Shown piece after piece: positions 1 to 7,207 of a stretch of DNA of 57,471 nt. The notes below the pieces were generated by a model that saw nothing but the letters and a program-made list of their open reading frames with translations, was not told the DNA's origin and did no database searches. The stretch lies in NCBI GenBank assembly GCA_035400705.1, contig DAOMZV010000001.1, positions 1-57,471 of the forward strand, read 5' to 3'. The DNA is from Candidatus Magasanikiibacteriota bacterium (GTDB taxonomy: Bacteria > Patescibacteriota > Patescibacteriia > Magasanikbacterales > UBA10003). The translations under genes and the position numbers were made by a program. Position 1 is the stretch's first letter; every line of letters begins with the position of its first letter.

Positions 1-397
1 CATCTTGATCAGTAATCACTACATTATTTTTAGATGCTTCTTTTCTAACTACAGAATTTTTTACTAACATATCCCAGACATTCTGACGCATTTCCTTTTC
101 AGAAGGAGTTTGATCAGCTGTTGCTCCTTTATATGATTCTTTAACTGCTTGTAAATCCTCAATAAATTCCACATAACCAATGCGATTACCATTAACAAAA
201 CCAGCTGGCAAACCAATCATCTTAGCAACACCCAAACTAAATTTGTCGTCAGCAAATTTCTTTTCGGAGCGATACGCAACCATACCGACAATACCAATAA
301 TAACTATTAATAAGGCAGCTAACAAACCAATCCCGGCATAAAAATAAACTGGTTTATTTTTTTTGATTTCCACCTTTTCTGTTGTTTGATTATCCAT
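1..397 (-). CDS. membrane-anchored protein, N-terminal part only (C-terminus lies beyond position 1); possibly SurA-N/PpiC-type chaperone family
   Basis: ATG at 395-397 (minus) opens a frame running to the window edge: MDNQTTEKVEIKKNKPVYFYAGIGLLAALLIVIIGIVGMVAY... with one N-terminal TM helix. Absent from the ORF track because no stop lies in the window. Confidence 0.5.
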   Translation of the reverse strand, partial: MDNQTTEKVEIKKNKPVYFYAGIGLLAALLIVIIGIVGMVAYRSEKKFADDKFSLGVAKMIGLPAGFVNGNRIGYVEFIEDLQAVKESYKGATADQTPSEKEMRQNVWDMLVKNSVVRKEASKNNVVITDQD

Positions 398-402
398 AAA
401 TT

Positions 403-798
403 TTAATTAGTTTTAGGTGCGAAAAAATATTCCCACCACAAAGTTAGATTTGATTTATTATTTTGTTCGACATTTTTATTTTTAGTTTCATTAATTTTTT
501 TCGTGCCTTCCGTTATAATAACCACCTGCTCCCCCGGTTTAATTAATCCAAAATTTACCCGCGCTTCTTTTTCTGCCAAATTATCCCCTTCCATTTCCTC
601 TATCAATTCCAAAGTCTTAATTTTTTTATCTTCTAAATTTTGTCTAGTTATTTCCATCTGTTTGATTTCTTGTCTAATTTGATAATCACGCCAGAATGAA
701 CGGAAAAAACCAACCACCAATAAAAATAAAATGGCTGTTAAACCAACTATAAAAAAACGACTTTGAAAAATTCTTCCTGCTAAAGACCTTTTTTTCAT
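403..798 (-). CDS. septum formation initiator family protein (FtsB/DivIC-like)
   Basis: 131 aa with an N-terminal TM helix, then a coiled coil and the family-typical ...AEKEARVNFGLIKPGEQVVII motif. Confidence 0.6.
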   Translation of the reverse strand: MKKRSLAGRIFQSRFFIVGLTAILFLLVVGFFRSFWRDYQIRQEIKQMEITRQNLEDKKIKTLELIEEMEGDNLAEKEARVNFGLIKPGEQVVIITEGTKKINETKNKNVEQNNKSNLTLWWEYFFAPKTN

Positions 799-806
799 AG
801 TTTCAA

Positions 807-1403
807 TTATACCAATTCTTTAAGCTGTTTGTCCACCAAGTCTTTAAGTTTCAACAGATTTTCTTTGGTTTCATTTTTAACTGATTGTAAAATAGCCTCA
901 AAACCCACCGGCCGCGCGCCATTTTGCATCTGTTTTTGTTGAATTTGAGCTAAAATATTAACTATTTGGGCCGGTTTTTTAAGTCTATTAACTTCAAAAA
1001 TTGTCTTGCCTTCGTTGGTTTCTATCACTATTTTTCCATAACGAAAAATGGTTGGAAAAACACCTTTAACTTTGTAAGTTATACTGCGAATGTTAAAAAA
1101 ATTCAAATCGGTTACCACTTTGTTCAATACTCCTTTTCTTTGGACTTTAATAGCCCGCTCATTAGTAACTAAAAAAAAGTTAGTTCGCCAAAAAAATAAA
1201 GTTCTAATTAAAATTATTACAGCCATAACCAAAGAAGCCACAAACAAACCAACCCCCCAATTACCCCAAGAAAATAAAATAAACATAAAGAAAAACGGAG
1301 CGGCCACAAAAATAAAAACTAACAGCCAGTACCAAAAATAAGTTAAACCGTAGCGATGATAAATTCTAACTACTTTTTCTTGAGGATGCAATAAAATTGA
1401 CAT
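807..1403 (-). CDS. membrane protein with bacterial PH (YdbS/YdbT-like) domain
   Basis: 198 aa with two TM helices followed by FFLVTNERAIKVQRKG...YGKIVIETNEG...RLKKPAQIV, a bPH_2-like pattern. Confidence 0.5.
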   Translation of the reverse strand: MSILLHPQEKVVRIYHRYGLTYFWYWLLVFIFVAAPFFFMFILFSWGNWGVGLFVASLVMAVIILIRTLFFWRTNFFLVTNERAIKVQRKGVLNKVVTDLNFFNIRSITYKVKGVFPTIFRYGKIVIETNEGKTIFEVNRLKKPAQIVNILAQIQQKQMQNGARPVGFEAILQSVKNETKENLLKLKDLVDKQLKELV

Positions 1404-1406
1404 AAT

Positions 1407-2717
1407 TTATTTCAGTGCTTTTAAAATTTCTTCTTTAGCCACTTGCCGATCATCCCAAGGAATTTTTTGCCCATTTTTAACACAAATAGCTTGTTCCGAA
1501 CCTTTGCCTGTAACTAAAATTAAATCTTCGGGCTGGGATAAAGCAATGGCTTTAGCAATCGCCTCTCGCCGGTCTAAAATTTTCCACAAATCTTGGCCTT
1601 CTTGCTTTCCCTTTCTAATCGCCCCGTCCGCTACTTGATTTATAATCATTAAAGGGTCATCATCATAAGGGTCTTCATTAGTAACAATAACCACAGAGGC
1701 TTGCTGCCCCGCAATTTCTCCCAAAATCGGTCGCCGCGCCACATCTCGCCCACCACCAGTTCCACCTAACACATGGATTATTCTTTGATGAGGAATTTGT
1801 TTGATTGTTTCATAAAGAGCTGTCATCGCTTTAGGTTCAAAAGCATAATCCACCATTACTTTAAAATTTTGTCCTGCTTCAATAAATTCTTGTCGGCCGG
1901 GGATATTTTTCATCGCTCCCGCCGCTAGCTTAATTTTCTGCCAACCCAAACCCAAAACCTTAGTAATAGTAACGGCGCAAAGAGAGTTATAAATATTTAA
2001 CTCGCCCATTAAAGATAAAGAAAAATCTTGATCCTCAATTTTAAAGGAAATATTTTGTCCCGCGCTTAAATAATTAAAGGCTTTAATTTGCTCGTCAACA
2101 ACAAAAGAGTTGGGTTTTAAACCAAAGACCACTTTTTTATCAGCTGGAAAAGATAAAAAATACTCAGCTTGTTCATCATCACCATTAACAATAATAGTTT
2201 TGGGTGGAGCAAAAGATTTTTTATAAGTTGTAGCTAAAGCGGCAAATAATTTTCCCTTGGCTTTTTGATAATTGGCAAAACCGCCGTGCGCTTCTAAGTG
2301 TTCGGGATATAAATTAGTTAAAACCACCACGTCGTAATCAATATCTATATGACGAAATTGTTCTATACCTTGGGAAGTAGTTTCAATAAGGGCGATTTCA
2401 CAACCGGCCTTAACCATCCGACTCAGCATTTTTTGGGTTTGAAAACGGCCGAGCATGGTCATTTTTTTATCATTTAATTTTTCCCACTCTCCAACTTTAA
2501 AAAAAACTGTGGAAGTAACGCCAACTTTTTTTCCGGCTGCTTCTAATAATTTAGCCAACAAGTAAACTGTGCTGGATTTACCACCAGTTCCCGTCACCCC
2601 CACTACTACTAAACGACGAGAAGGATAACCAAACCACCACGCCGCCAGTTTGGCTAAAAATAAATGATACCAACTAATAGCCGACCGAGGAATAAATTTT
2701 TTGATTAAACTTTTCAC
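1407..2717 (-). CDS. murE: Mur ligase, MurE-like (UDP-MurNAc-L-Ala-D-Glu:diamino acid ligase) with a short N-terminal domain
   Basis: P-loop GVTGTGGKSST, NLYPEHLEAHGGFANY, PGRQEF...VDYAFEP...GGTGGGRDVARRP...TNEDPYDDDP. GTG start. The P-loop sits at about residue 41, so the usual domain 1 is largely missing. Confidence 0.7.
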   Translation of the reverse strand: MKSLIKKFIPRSAISWYHLFLAKLAAWWFGYPSRRLVVVGVTGTGGKSSTVYLLAKLLEAAGKKVGVTSTVFFKVGEWEKLNDKKMTMLGRFQTQKMLSRMVKAGCEIALIETTSQGIEQFRHIDIDYDVVVLTNLYPEHLEAHGGFANYQKAKGKLFAALATTYKKSFAPPKTIIVNGDDEQAEYFLSFPADKKVVFGLKPNSFVVDEQIKAFNYLSAGQNISFKIEDQDFSLSLMGELNIYNSLCAVTITKVLGLGWQKIKLAAGAMKNIPGRQEFIEAGQNFKVMVDYAFEPKAMTALYETIKQIPHQRIIHVLGGTGGGRDVARRPILGEIAGQQASVVIVTNEDPYDDDPLMIINQVADGAIRKGKQEGQDLWKILDRREAIAKAIALSQPEDLILVTGKGSEQAICVKNGQKIPWDDRQVAKEEILKALK

Positions 2718-2721
2718 AAAA

Positions 2722-3381
2722 TTATTTTTTAAAAAATCTTATAATTCGCAATAATCTCACCCAAACAAAAATCCGCACCAATTGCCAATCCATTTTAATA
2801 TACCCACCCAAACCTACAAAAAAATTAGTTTTTAACATTTTTGGCAAATGATTTAAGCCTAGCAAGAGAACTGTTTTGACTCGCAAATTATTAGTAAGAC
2901 AATAATCATTTAAAGCTTCTTCTACTTGATAGCCGGTTAATAAATCTGGGGCAATAGACTCAAAAATTTCTCTTTTTAAAGCGCGTTGACCACTGATTTT
3001 AGGAATTTTTTCATTCAAAGCGTAAAAATCTTTATACTTGGGCTGAATCCCAATCACCATTTCTGCCTCCCCTTTTTCCACCGGAGAAATTAAATCTTGC
3101 AAATGTTTTTTTCTGACATTTAATAAATCGGCATCAAAAAATAACAAAATCTTATCAGTTGTTTCTCTAACTCCTACCGCCAGAGCCTCACCTTTACCTA
3201 AATTTTTAGGCAAGTTAATTACAGTCGCTCCAGCTTGCTTAGCTAAAAAAGCCGTGCGATCTTTAGAACCATCATTCACAACAATTACTTGATCAAACAA
3301 GTCCGAACGTTTTAACGCCCGTACTAAATTATAAATGGTTTTTTGTTCATTGTGAGCCGGAACGATTACCGAAACGGACAT
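2722..3381 (-). CDS. family 2 glycosyltransferase
   Basis: MSVSVIVPAHNE...VNDGSKDRT...GKGEA...FDADL. ATG at 3381 is preferred over the track's TTG at 3396. Confidence 0.75.
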   Translation of the reverse strand: MSVSVIVPAHNEQKTIYNLVRALKRSDLFDQVIVVNDGSKDRTAFLAKQAGATVINLPKNLGKGEALAVGVRETTDKILLFFDADLLNVRKKHLQDLISPVEKGEAEMVIGIQPKYKDFYALNEKIPKISGQRALKREIFESIAPDLLTGYQVEEALNDYCLTNNLRVKTVLLLGLNHLPKMLKTNFFVGLGGYIKMDWQLVRIFVWVRLLRIIRFFKK

Positions 3382-3405
3382 ATTTTTAAGAACCAAAAAA
3401 TAAAG

Positions 3406-3981
3406 TTATTTTCGCAAACTAACTTCGTAGGCAATTTCTTCTATTTTGCGACGAGCGTTTTTAGCTTGATCAAATTTGGTGCGCAAATAGCCGGTAAAAT
3501 TAAACTGCACCAAAGCTGCCATTAAATCTTCGGTTACGGTTGCTGCGCGTTTTAATTCCACCCAATTTCTTTCGGTGGCTTGTTTTAAAGCATAACGCTG
3601 AATCTCTCCTATCGCATCACTCAAACCGCCCATATAAGTTTCTGGAGAAACTTCCAAACCCTTAATTGGACCAATGGTTTCTTGATATAAAAATTGACGA
3701 TACAAATCCGCTTCGGAGTATTCTTCCATCGCTGCTTTTAAAATACCTTCGTCGTCAGCGGCAATACTTTTAGCTTGCATTTTTTGCGCCTGACTAATAC
3801 CCACCAAGGCCTGTTTTAACAACTCTTCACCGGCTTTCCAATCATTGCGATGAAAAGAAAAAATTGCTTGCTTAGATTTTTGCAAAGCATTGGCGGAAAG
3901 ATCTTGAACCTCACGACGGGACTTTTCCCACACACTAAAAACTGACTGTAATTTTTGAATGTATTTTTTGTTGACGTTCAT
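3406..3981 (-). CDS. translin-family (COG2178-like) predicted RNA-binding protein
   Basis: 191 aa, all-helical, with the motif ETYMGGLSDAIGEIQRYALKQ resembling the Y..GL.D..GEL.R signature of the archaeal translin family. Confidence 0.45.
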   Translation of the reverse strand: MNVNKKYIQKLQSVFSVWEKSRREVQDLSANALQKSKQAIFSFHRNDWKAGEELLKQALVGISQAQKMQAKSIAADDEGILKAAMEEYSEADLYRQFLYQETIGPIKGLEVSPETYMGGLSDAIGEIQRYALKQATERNWVELKRAATVTEDLMAALVQFNFTGYLRTKFDQAKNARRKIEEIAYEVSLRK

Positions 3982-4032
3982 GTAATTTTAATTAAAATTA
4001 TGAGCTTAATTATACTTAATTTTAACATAAAT

Positions 4033-4103
4033 AAAAAAAACCGGCAATCTTACGATCAGCGTTGGCTGACTTTCAGATTGCCGGTTGATCTCGTTGCGAG
4101 ATC
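4033..4103 (-). terminator. double-hairpin intrinsic terminator of the high-GC gene
   Basis: Minus strand: a 7-bp hairpin gatctcg-caa-cgagatc (4087-4103), then a 12-bp stem aaccggcaatct/agattgccggtt (4039-4050 with 4075-4086) containing an inner tcagc/gctga hairpin, followed by T8 (4033-4040). Confidence 0.75.
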
Positions 4104-4152
4104 ATGGTGGGGTTATTAGAGATTAGCACTGGGGATCGTGGAGCAGAACGGA

Positions 4153-5556
4153 TTACGCCGCGTTCTTTCCCTTCTTGGGCTGGGGCTGGCCGCGACGAGT
4201 GTCGCCGCCACCGCCCTTGCCCTTGTGGGCCTCGCGGAAGGCGCGATCCGCCTCCCGCTTGGCCGCCTTCGCCTGTTCGACAGCGGCCGGATCCATCTTG
4301 GCCCGCGTCCGTTCGGTCTTGCCCGTGTGGCGGATGACCGGACGGGCGGCGGAGTCGAAGGTCTTCTGCTGCTGGATCTGGCGCGGCGGATGGGCCGCCA
4401 GCCAGTCCTTGTGTGTCAGCGCGCAGCGGAGCTGGGCGATTACCGCCCTGCGAACCAATTCAGATTCGCCAGCGGCCTTGGCTTCCGCAACAGCGGCCTG
4501 GGCTTCGGCGATGAAATTGTCCAGGTCGGCGGAACCGACGGCGGAGAACTGCTCACGCAGCCTCCCAACATAGGCGAACCTGGCCTTTTCGGTGTACTCC
4601 TCGTACACCTGGGCCGTGATCCGTTCCTGCCAGCCTTCCACGGTCTGGCCAGCTTCGGCCTTGGCGTTCAGGAACCTGTCCATGGCGCGAGCCAGGGACA
4701 CATGATCCCAGACCTGCGATCCGTCGGCGTACGCCGCAGATTCGGACAGGATCGTGGTCACTTCAGCGATCAGCGCGTCCTGCGCCGCCTGCCGCTGAGC
4801 GGCCTCGGCTTCGCGTTCGGCGAGCCACCTCTGGGTTTCATCCCAGTGATGGAACCTTTCGGCCTTGCCGAGCAGCTTCCTGAGGCGGTTGGCCACCACC
4901 TCCTCACAGACGAAACAGAGGCGGAGGACTTTTGCCTCCGTCGCCGGGATCATCTTCCCGGTGAACATCGACTTCACGAAAACAGCACCGTCGATGTCCT
5001 TTTCCAGCGCCTTGACATCGGAAACGCGCTGAAAGTACCCGTTCGGCTGCGTCTGGATAAAGGACAGGGCGACAGCATCGTCGACCGGAATCCCGGCGCC
5101 GACGAGAACTTCCGGGTGCGCCAGTTCGTAGGCGCGGATCCGGGCCGCTTCGGCCTTGGCTTCGGCGTCGGCCTTGGCTTCGGCGTCGGCCTTGGCTTCG
5201 GCCGCGTCACTGTCGATCTTGGCCTGGATCAGTTCGAGAATCCTCGGGCCACGCGTTCCCATTTCTTCCAGCCCGACCACGAGGTCGGACTGGTCATCTT
5301 CCGTGAGAGAAAAGAACTTCTGAACGATTTCCGAGTCGGACAGGAGTCCGACCGTTTCGATCTTCAGAGCTACCGAGTCCGCATCAAGACCCAGCGCCAT
5401 TTTCAGGCGCCGGAATTCGTTTCCGGCCTTCTTGACCGCCGCGCGGAAACGCGCCTTGGCCAAGATCCCCTCGACCTCGACGGCGGCCACGGCCGCGTCG
5501 ATTTCGCTGTCGAGCATTTCCGCGAGATTCGAGAAAAACTTGTTAATCATGTCCAT
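4153..5556 (-). CDS. hypothetical protein of unknown family: Ala/Glu/Lys-rich, (AEAKAD)n repeat, basic Gly/Lys/Arg C-terminal tail
   Basis: Open frame of 467 codons, very unlikely by chance at this GC, with GC-rich third codon positions. GGAGG lies 8 nt upstream of the ATG at 5554-5556; the track's TTG at 5571 would overlap that SD. Has its own promoter and terminator. I recognise no catalytic or family motif. Confidence 0.75.
   Translation of the reverse strand: MDMINKFFSNLAEMLDSEIDAAVAAVEVEGILAKARFRAAVKKAGNEFRRLKMALGLDADSVALKIETVGLLSDSEIVQKFFSLTEDDQSDLVVGLEEMGTRGPRILELIQAKIDSDAAEAKADAEAKADAEAKAEAARIRAYELAHPEVLVGAGIPVDDAVALSFIQTQPNGYFQRVSDVKALEKDIDGAVFVKSMFTGKMIPATEAKVLRLCFVCEEVVANRLRKLLGKAERFHHWDETQRWLAEREAEAAQRQAAQDALIAEVTTILSESAAYADGSQVWDHVSLARAMDRFLNAKAEAGQTVEGWQERITAQVYEEYTEKARFAYVGRLREQFSAVGSADLDNFIAEAQAAVAEAKAAGESELVRRAVIAQLRCALTHKDWLAAHPPRQIQQQKTFDSAARPVIRHTGKTERTRAKMDPAAVEQAKAAKREADRAFREAHKGKGGGGDTRRGQPQPKKGKNAA
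5152..5205 (-). repeat. 18-bp in-frame tandem repeat (about 3 copies) encoding AEAKAD/AEAKAE
   Basis: ggccttggcttcggcgtc occurs at 5152-5169 and 5170-5187, with a diverged third copy from 5188. Confidence 0.85.
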
Positions 5557-5732
5557 TTCCAGTACCTCCAAAATGGCCCCAAGGGGGCCTTCCCTAATAG
5601 CTTTGAGCAGGAACCCTCCCGCCCAACCGGTAAAAACGGCTTAGCTAAGTCATCTTTACCGGCAGGACGAAACTTCCCGCCTTATTTAAGGAACAACCTT
5701 GTTTAAAGGGTTTGATCTATTTCGGACCAGAA
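5557..5732 (-). promoter_or_regulatory. structured 5' leader of about 175 nt with a terminator-like hairpin just before the RBS
   Basis: Minus strand: hairpins ggcggga-agtttcg-tcctgcc and ccggtaaa-N20-tttaccgg (with an internal palindrome cttagctaag), then ggcccc-ctt-ggggcc followed by AUUUUGGAGG. Confidence 0.5.
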
Positions 5733-5738
5733 CAAATT

Positions 5739-5767
5739 AGTATAGCACATTTGACAGGTTTTGTCAA
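5739..5767 (-). promoter_or_regulatory. sigma70-type promoter of the high-GC gene
   Basis: Minus strand TTGACA (5762-5767), 17-nt spacer, TATACT (5739-5744). Confidence 0.7.
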
Positions 5768-5779
5768 GAGGTGTATGCT
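5751..5779 (+). promoter_or_regulatory. sigma70-type promoter, probably for tRNA-Lys
   Basis: Plus strand TTGACA (5751-5756), 17-nt spacer, TATGCT (5774-5779). It interdigitates with the opposing promoter. Confidence 0.55.
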
Positions 5780-5877
5780 ATTGATTGAAACTTTTATAAT
5801 TTTATCCACGGCCCACGAATGATTATTGGTCATATACATTACAATATTGAAAGAATACTTAGAATAAAATCCATTAT

Positions 5878-5953
5878 GGCCCGGTAGCTCAGCTGGTAGA
5901 GCAACAGCCTTTTAAGCTGATGGTCCTGGGTTCGATCCCCAGCCGGGTCACCA
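5878..5953 (+). tRNA. tRNA-Lys (anticodon UUU), CCA encoded
   Basis: A 76-nt cloverleaf folded by hand: acceptor GGCCCGG/CCGGGTC, D arm GCTC-AGCTGGTA-GAGC, anticodon loop CTTTTAA, T arm CTGGG-TTCGATC-CCCAG, 3' ACCA. Confidence 0.9.
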
Positions 5954-5960
5954 AAAATTA

Positions 5961-5985
5961 CTCCATTAAAAATGGGGTTGTTTTT
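5961..5985 (+). terminator. hairpin plus T-tract downstream of tRNA-Lys
   Basis: ctccat-taaaa-atgggg followed by ttgttttt. Confidence 0.5.
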
Positions 5986-6032
5986 GTATACAAGTTACAA
6001 TGGTACGCTTGGTTAGCCTCCAGCCCTTTCAC

Positions 6033-6066
6033 CAAAAAACACTTCATAAAAATGAAGTGTTTTTTG
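6033..6066. terminator. bidirectional intrinsic terminator (ends murG on the minus strand)
   Basis: A-tract, 9-bp stem acacttcat/atgaagtgt, T6. Confidence 0.8.
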
Positions 6067-6078
6067 GTTTAATCTTTT

Positions 6079-7206
6079 TTATTTTATCTGCTTCATTATT
6101 TCATTAATCAAAAAAGCCATTTTCTCTCTAGCGTCTATCGGCATAATCTTTTTTAAATAATGAGAAAGATATAGCCGATCTTCTGGACTACCAACTAAAT
6201 TGACAATCTGTTTAATCAATTTACTAACTGGTTCTTGACCACTAAAAAAAACCGGAGTCTGGGCTTTAGACCAAAAGATCCTAGCATTCAATTCTTGATG
6301 ACCTGGCAAAGGTACAGCCACAAATGGCTTGCCTAACACGGCTAATTCCGACAAGGTGGAAAAACCAGCTCGAGTTACCACTACCTCACTGGCTGCATAA
6401 GCATCGGCTAAAGTTTTTTCGTCTAAAAATTTTACCGGGTGATATCTTTCTTTAATCAAGATATCCACTCGTCCACCTTTTAAGACTGGCACGGCCAAAT
6501 CCTTGCCAGCTCCCAGCATATGAATTATTTGACACTTTTTAACCAACTCTTCCAAATTACCAATAATTATTTTATTCAACGCCAACGCCCCAGTCCCCCC
6601 ACCCAAAATTAAGACCGTCGGGATTTCTGGATCTAATAAAAAATTCTTAATCGCCTCTTCCCGTCGACCCAAAAAAATTCCCTCGCGTACCGGGTTGCCT
6701 AACCACAAAGTTTTAGCCGAAGGAAAATCTGCTAAATTACGTTCTAAAGAAACTGTAATATGGTCGGCAAAACGGGACATTATTTTATTTGCCAAACCTA
6801 CTTCCGCATCCTCTTGGTGAACAAGCGTAATTTTTTTTTGCCAATGCGCTATTAAATGTAAAGGAACACTGACAAAACCGCCGGCGGAAATCAAAATATC
6901 AGGCTGCCATTTTTTAATCACTTGCCAACTTTGAAACAAGGCCTGAACAAAATGAAATGAATCTAAAAAATTTCTCCAACTAAAATAGCGACGCAATTTA
7001 GCTTCGGACAAACCAATAAACGATAGCCCATATTTTTCCACTACGGTTTTTTCCGGACCACCTTTTACTCCTACCCACAAAAATTCATACTGATTAGGAA
7101 ACTGTTTTTTTAATTCTTGATAAACAGCAATCAGTGGCATTACTGGGCCCAAAGTACCGCCGCCGGAAAATAACACTCGTTTTTTTTTCAAAACTTCCTC
7201 TACCAT
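6079..7206 (-). CDS. murG: undecaprenyldiphospho-muramoylpentapeptide beta-N-acetylglucosaminyltransferase
   Basis: LFSGGGTLGPVMPLIAV N-terminal glycine loop and GGGTGALALN in the C-terminal domain. ATG at 7206 sits 1 nt after the ftsW stop; the track start at 7233 would overlap ftsW. Confidence 0.85.
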   Translation of the reverse strand: MVEEVLKKKRVLFSGGGTLGPVMPLIAVYQELKKQFPNQYEFLWVGVKGGPEKTVVEKYGLSFIGLSEAKLRRYFSWRNFLDSFHFVQALFQSWQVIKKWQPDILISAGGFVSVPLHLIAHWQKKITLVHQEDAEVGLANKIMSRFADHITVSLERNLADFPSAKTLWLGNPVREGIFLGRREEAIKNFLLDPEIPTVLILGGGTGALALNKIIIGNLEELVKKCQIIHMLGAGKDLAVPVLKGGRVDILIKERYHPVKFLDEKTLADAYAASEVVVTRAGFSTLSELAVLGKPFVAVPLPGHQELNARIFWSKAQTPVFFSGQEPVSKLIKQIVNLVGSPEDRLYLSHYLKKIMPIDAREKMAFLINEIMKQIK

Positions 7207-7207
7207 A

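Larger units (their letters stand above)
4033..5738 (-). other. compositionally foreign single-gene transcription unit (about 60-65% G+C in about 35% G+C surroundings)
   Basis: The composition shift is abrupt: 4201-4260 counted at 75% GC, 5281-5340 at 50% and the flank 3901-3960 at 38%. One gene, with no integrase, transposase or terminal repeats detected. Confidence 0.8.

Noticed and set aside
5152-5205. The tandem repeats as a possible CRISPR or minisatellite array.
   Set aside because: The units are contiguous with no spacers, are 18 bp long and in frame within a CDS, and number only about 3 copies. This is a coding low-complexity repeat, not a CRISPR array.
4138-5706. A 522-aa plus-strand ORF, longer than the minus-strand gene, plus smaller ORFs at 4104-4337, 4175-4573, 4974-5210 and 5432-5644 inside the high-GC segment.
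   Set aside because: These are classic shadow ORFs of a high-GC gene. The antisense frame aligned with GC-rich third positions rarely contains T-initial stop codons. The translation is Gly/Arg/Leu/Phe/Pro-rich nonsense (GLGFGVGLGFG...). It also runs through the other gene's leader and has no promoter, RBS or terminator, whereas the minus-strand ORF has all three.
4033-5738. The high-GC segment as a giant structured ncRNA or rRNA fragment, since GC-rich islands in AT-rich genomes are often RNAs.
   Set aside because: A 467-codon open frame at this GC is very unlikely by chance; I estimate about 0.03 stops per codon. The frame shows third-position GC enrichment, an SD at the correct spacing and an in-frame tandem repeat. 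I saw no rRNA, RNase P or tmRNA signature sequences.
6018-6034. ctccagccctttcacca(aaaa) resembles the 3' end of tRNA-Lys, ccccagccgggtcacca(aaaa) at 5937-5953, and could be an att-site scar of an integrase-mediated insertion.
   Set aside because: Only 13 of 17 positions match. It lies downstream of the tRNA, on the opposite side from the high-GC cassette. No integrase is present, and part of the match is the A-tract of the murG terminator. The evidence is too weak to call.
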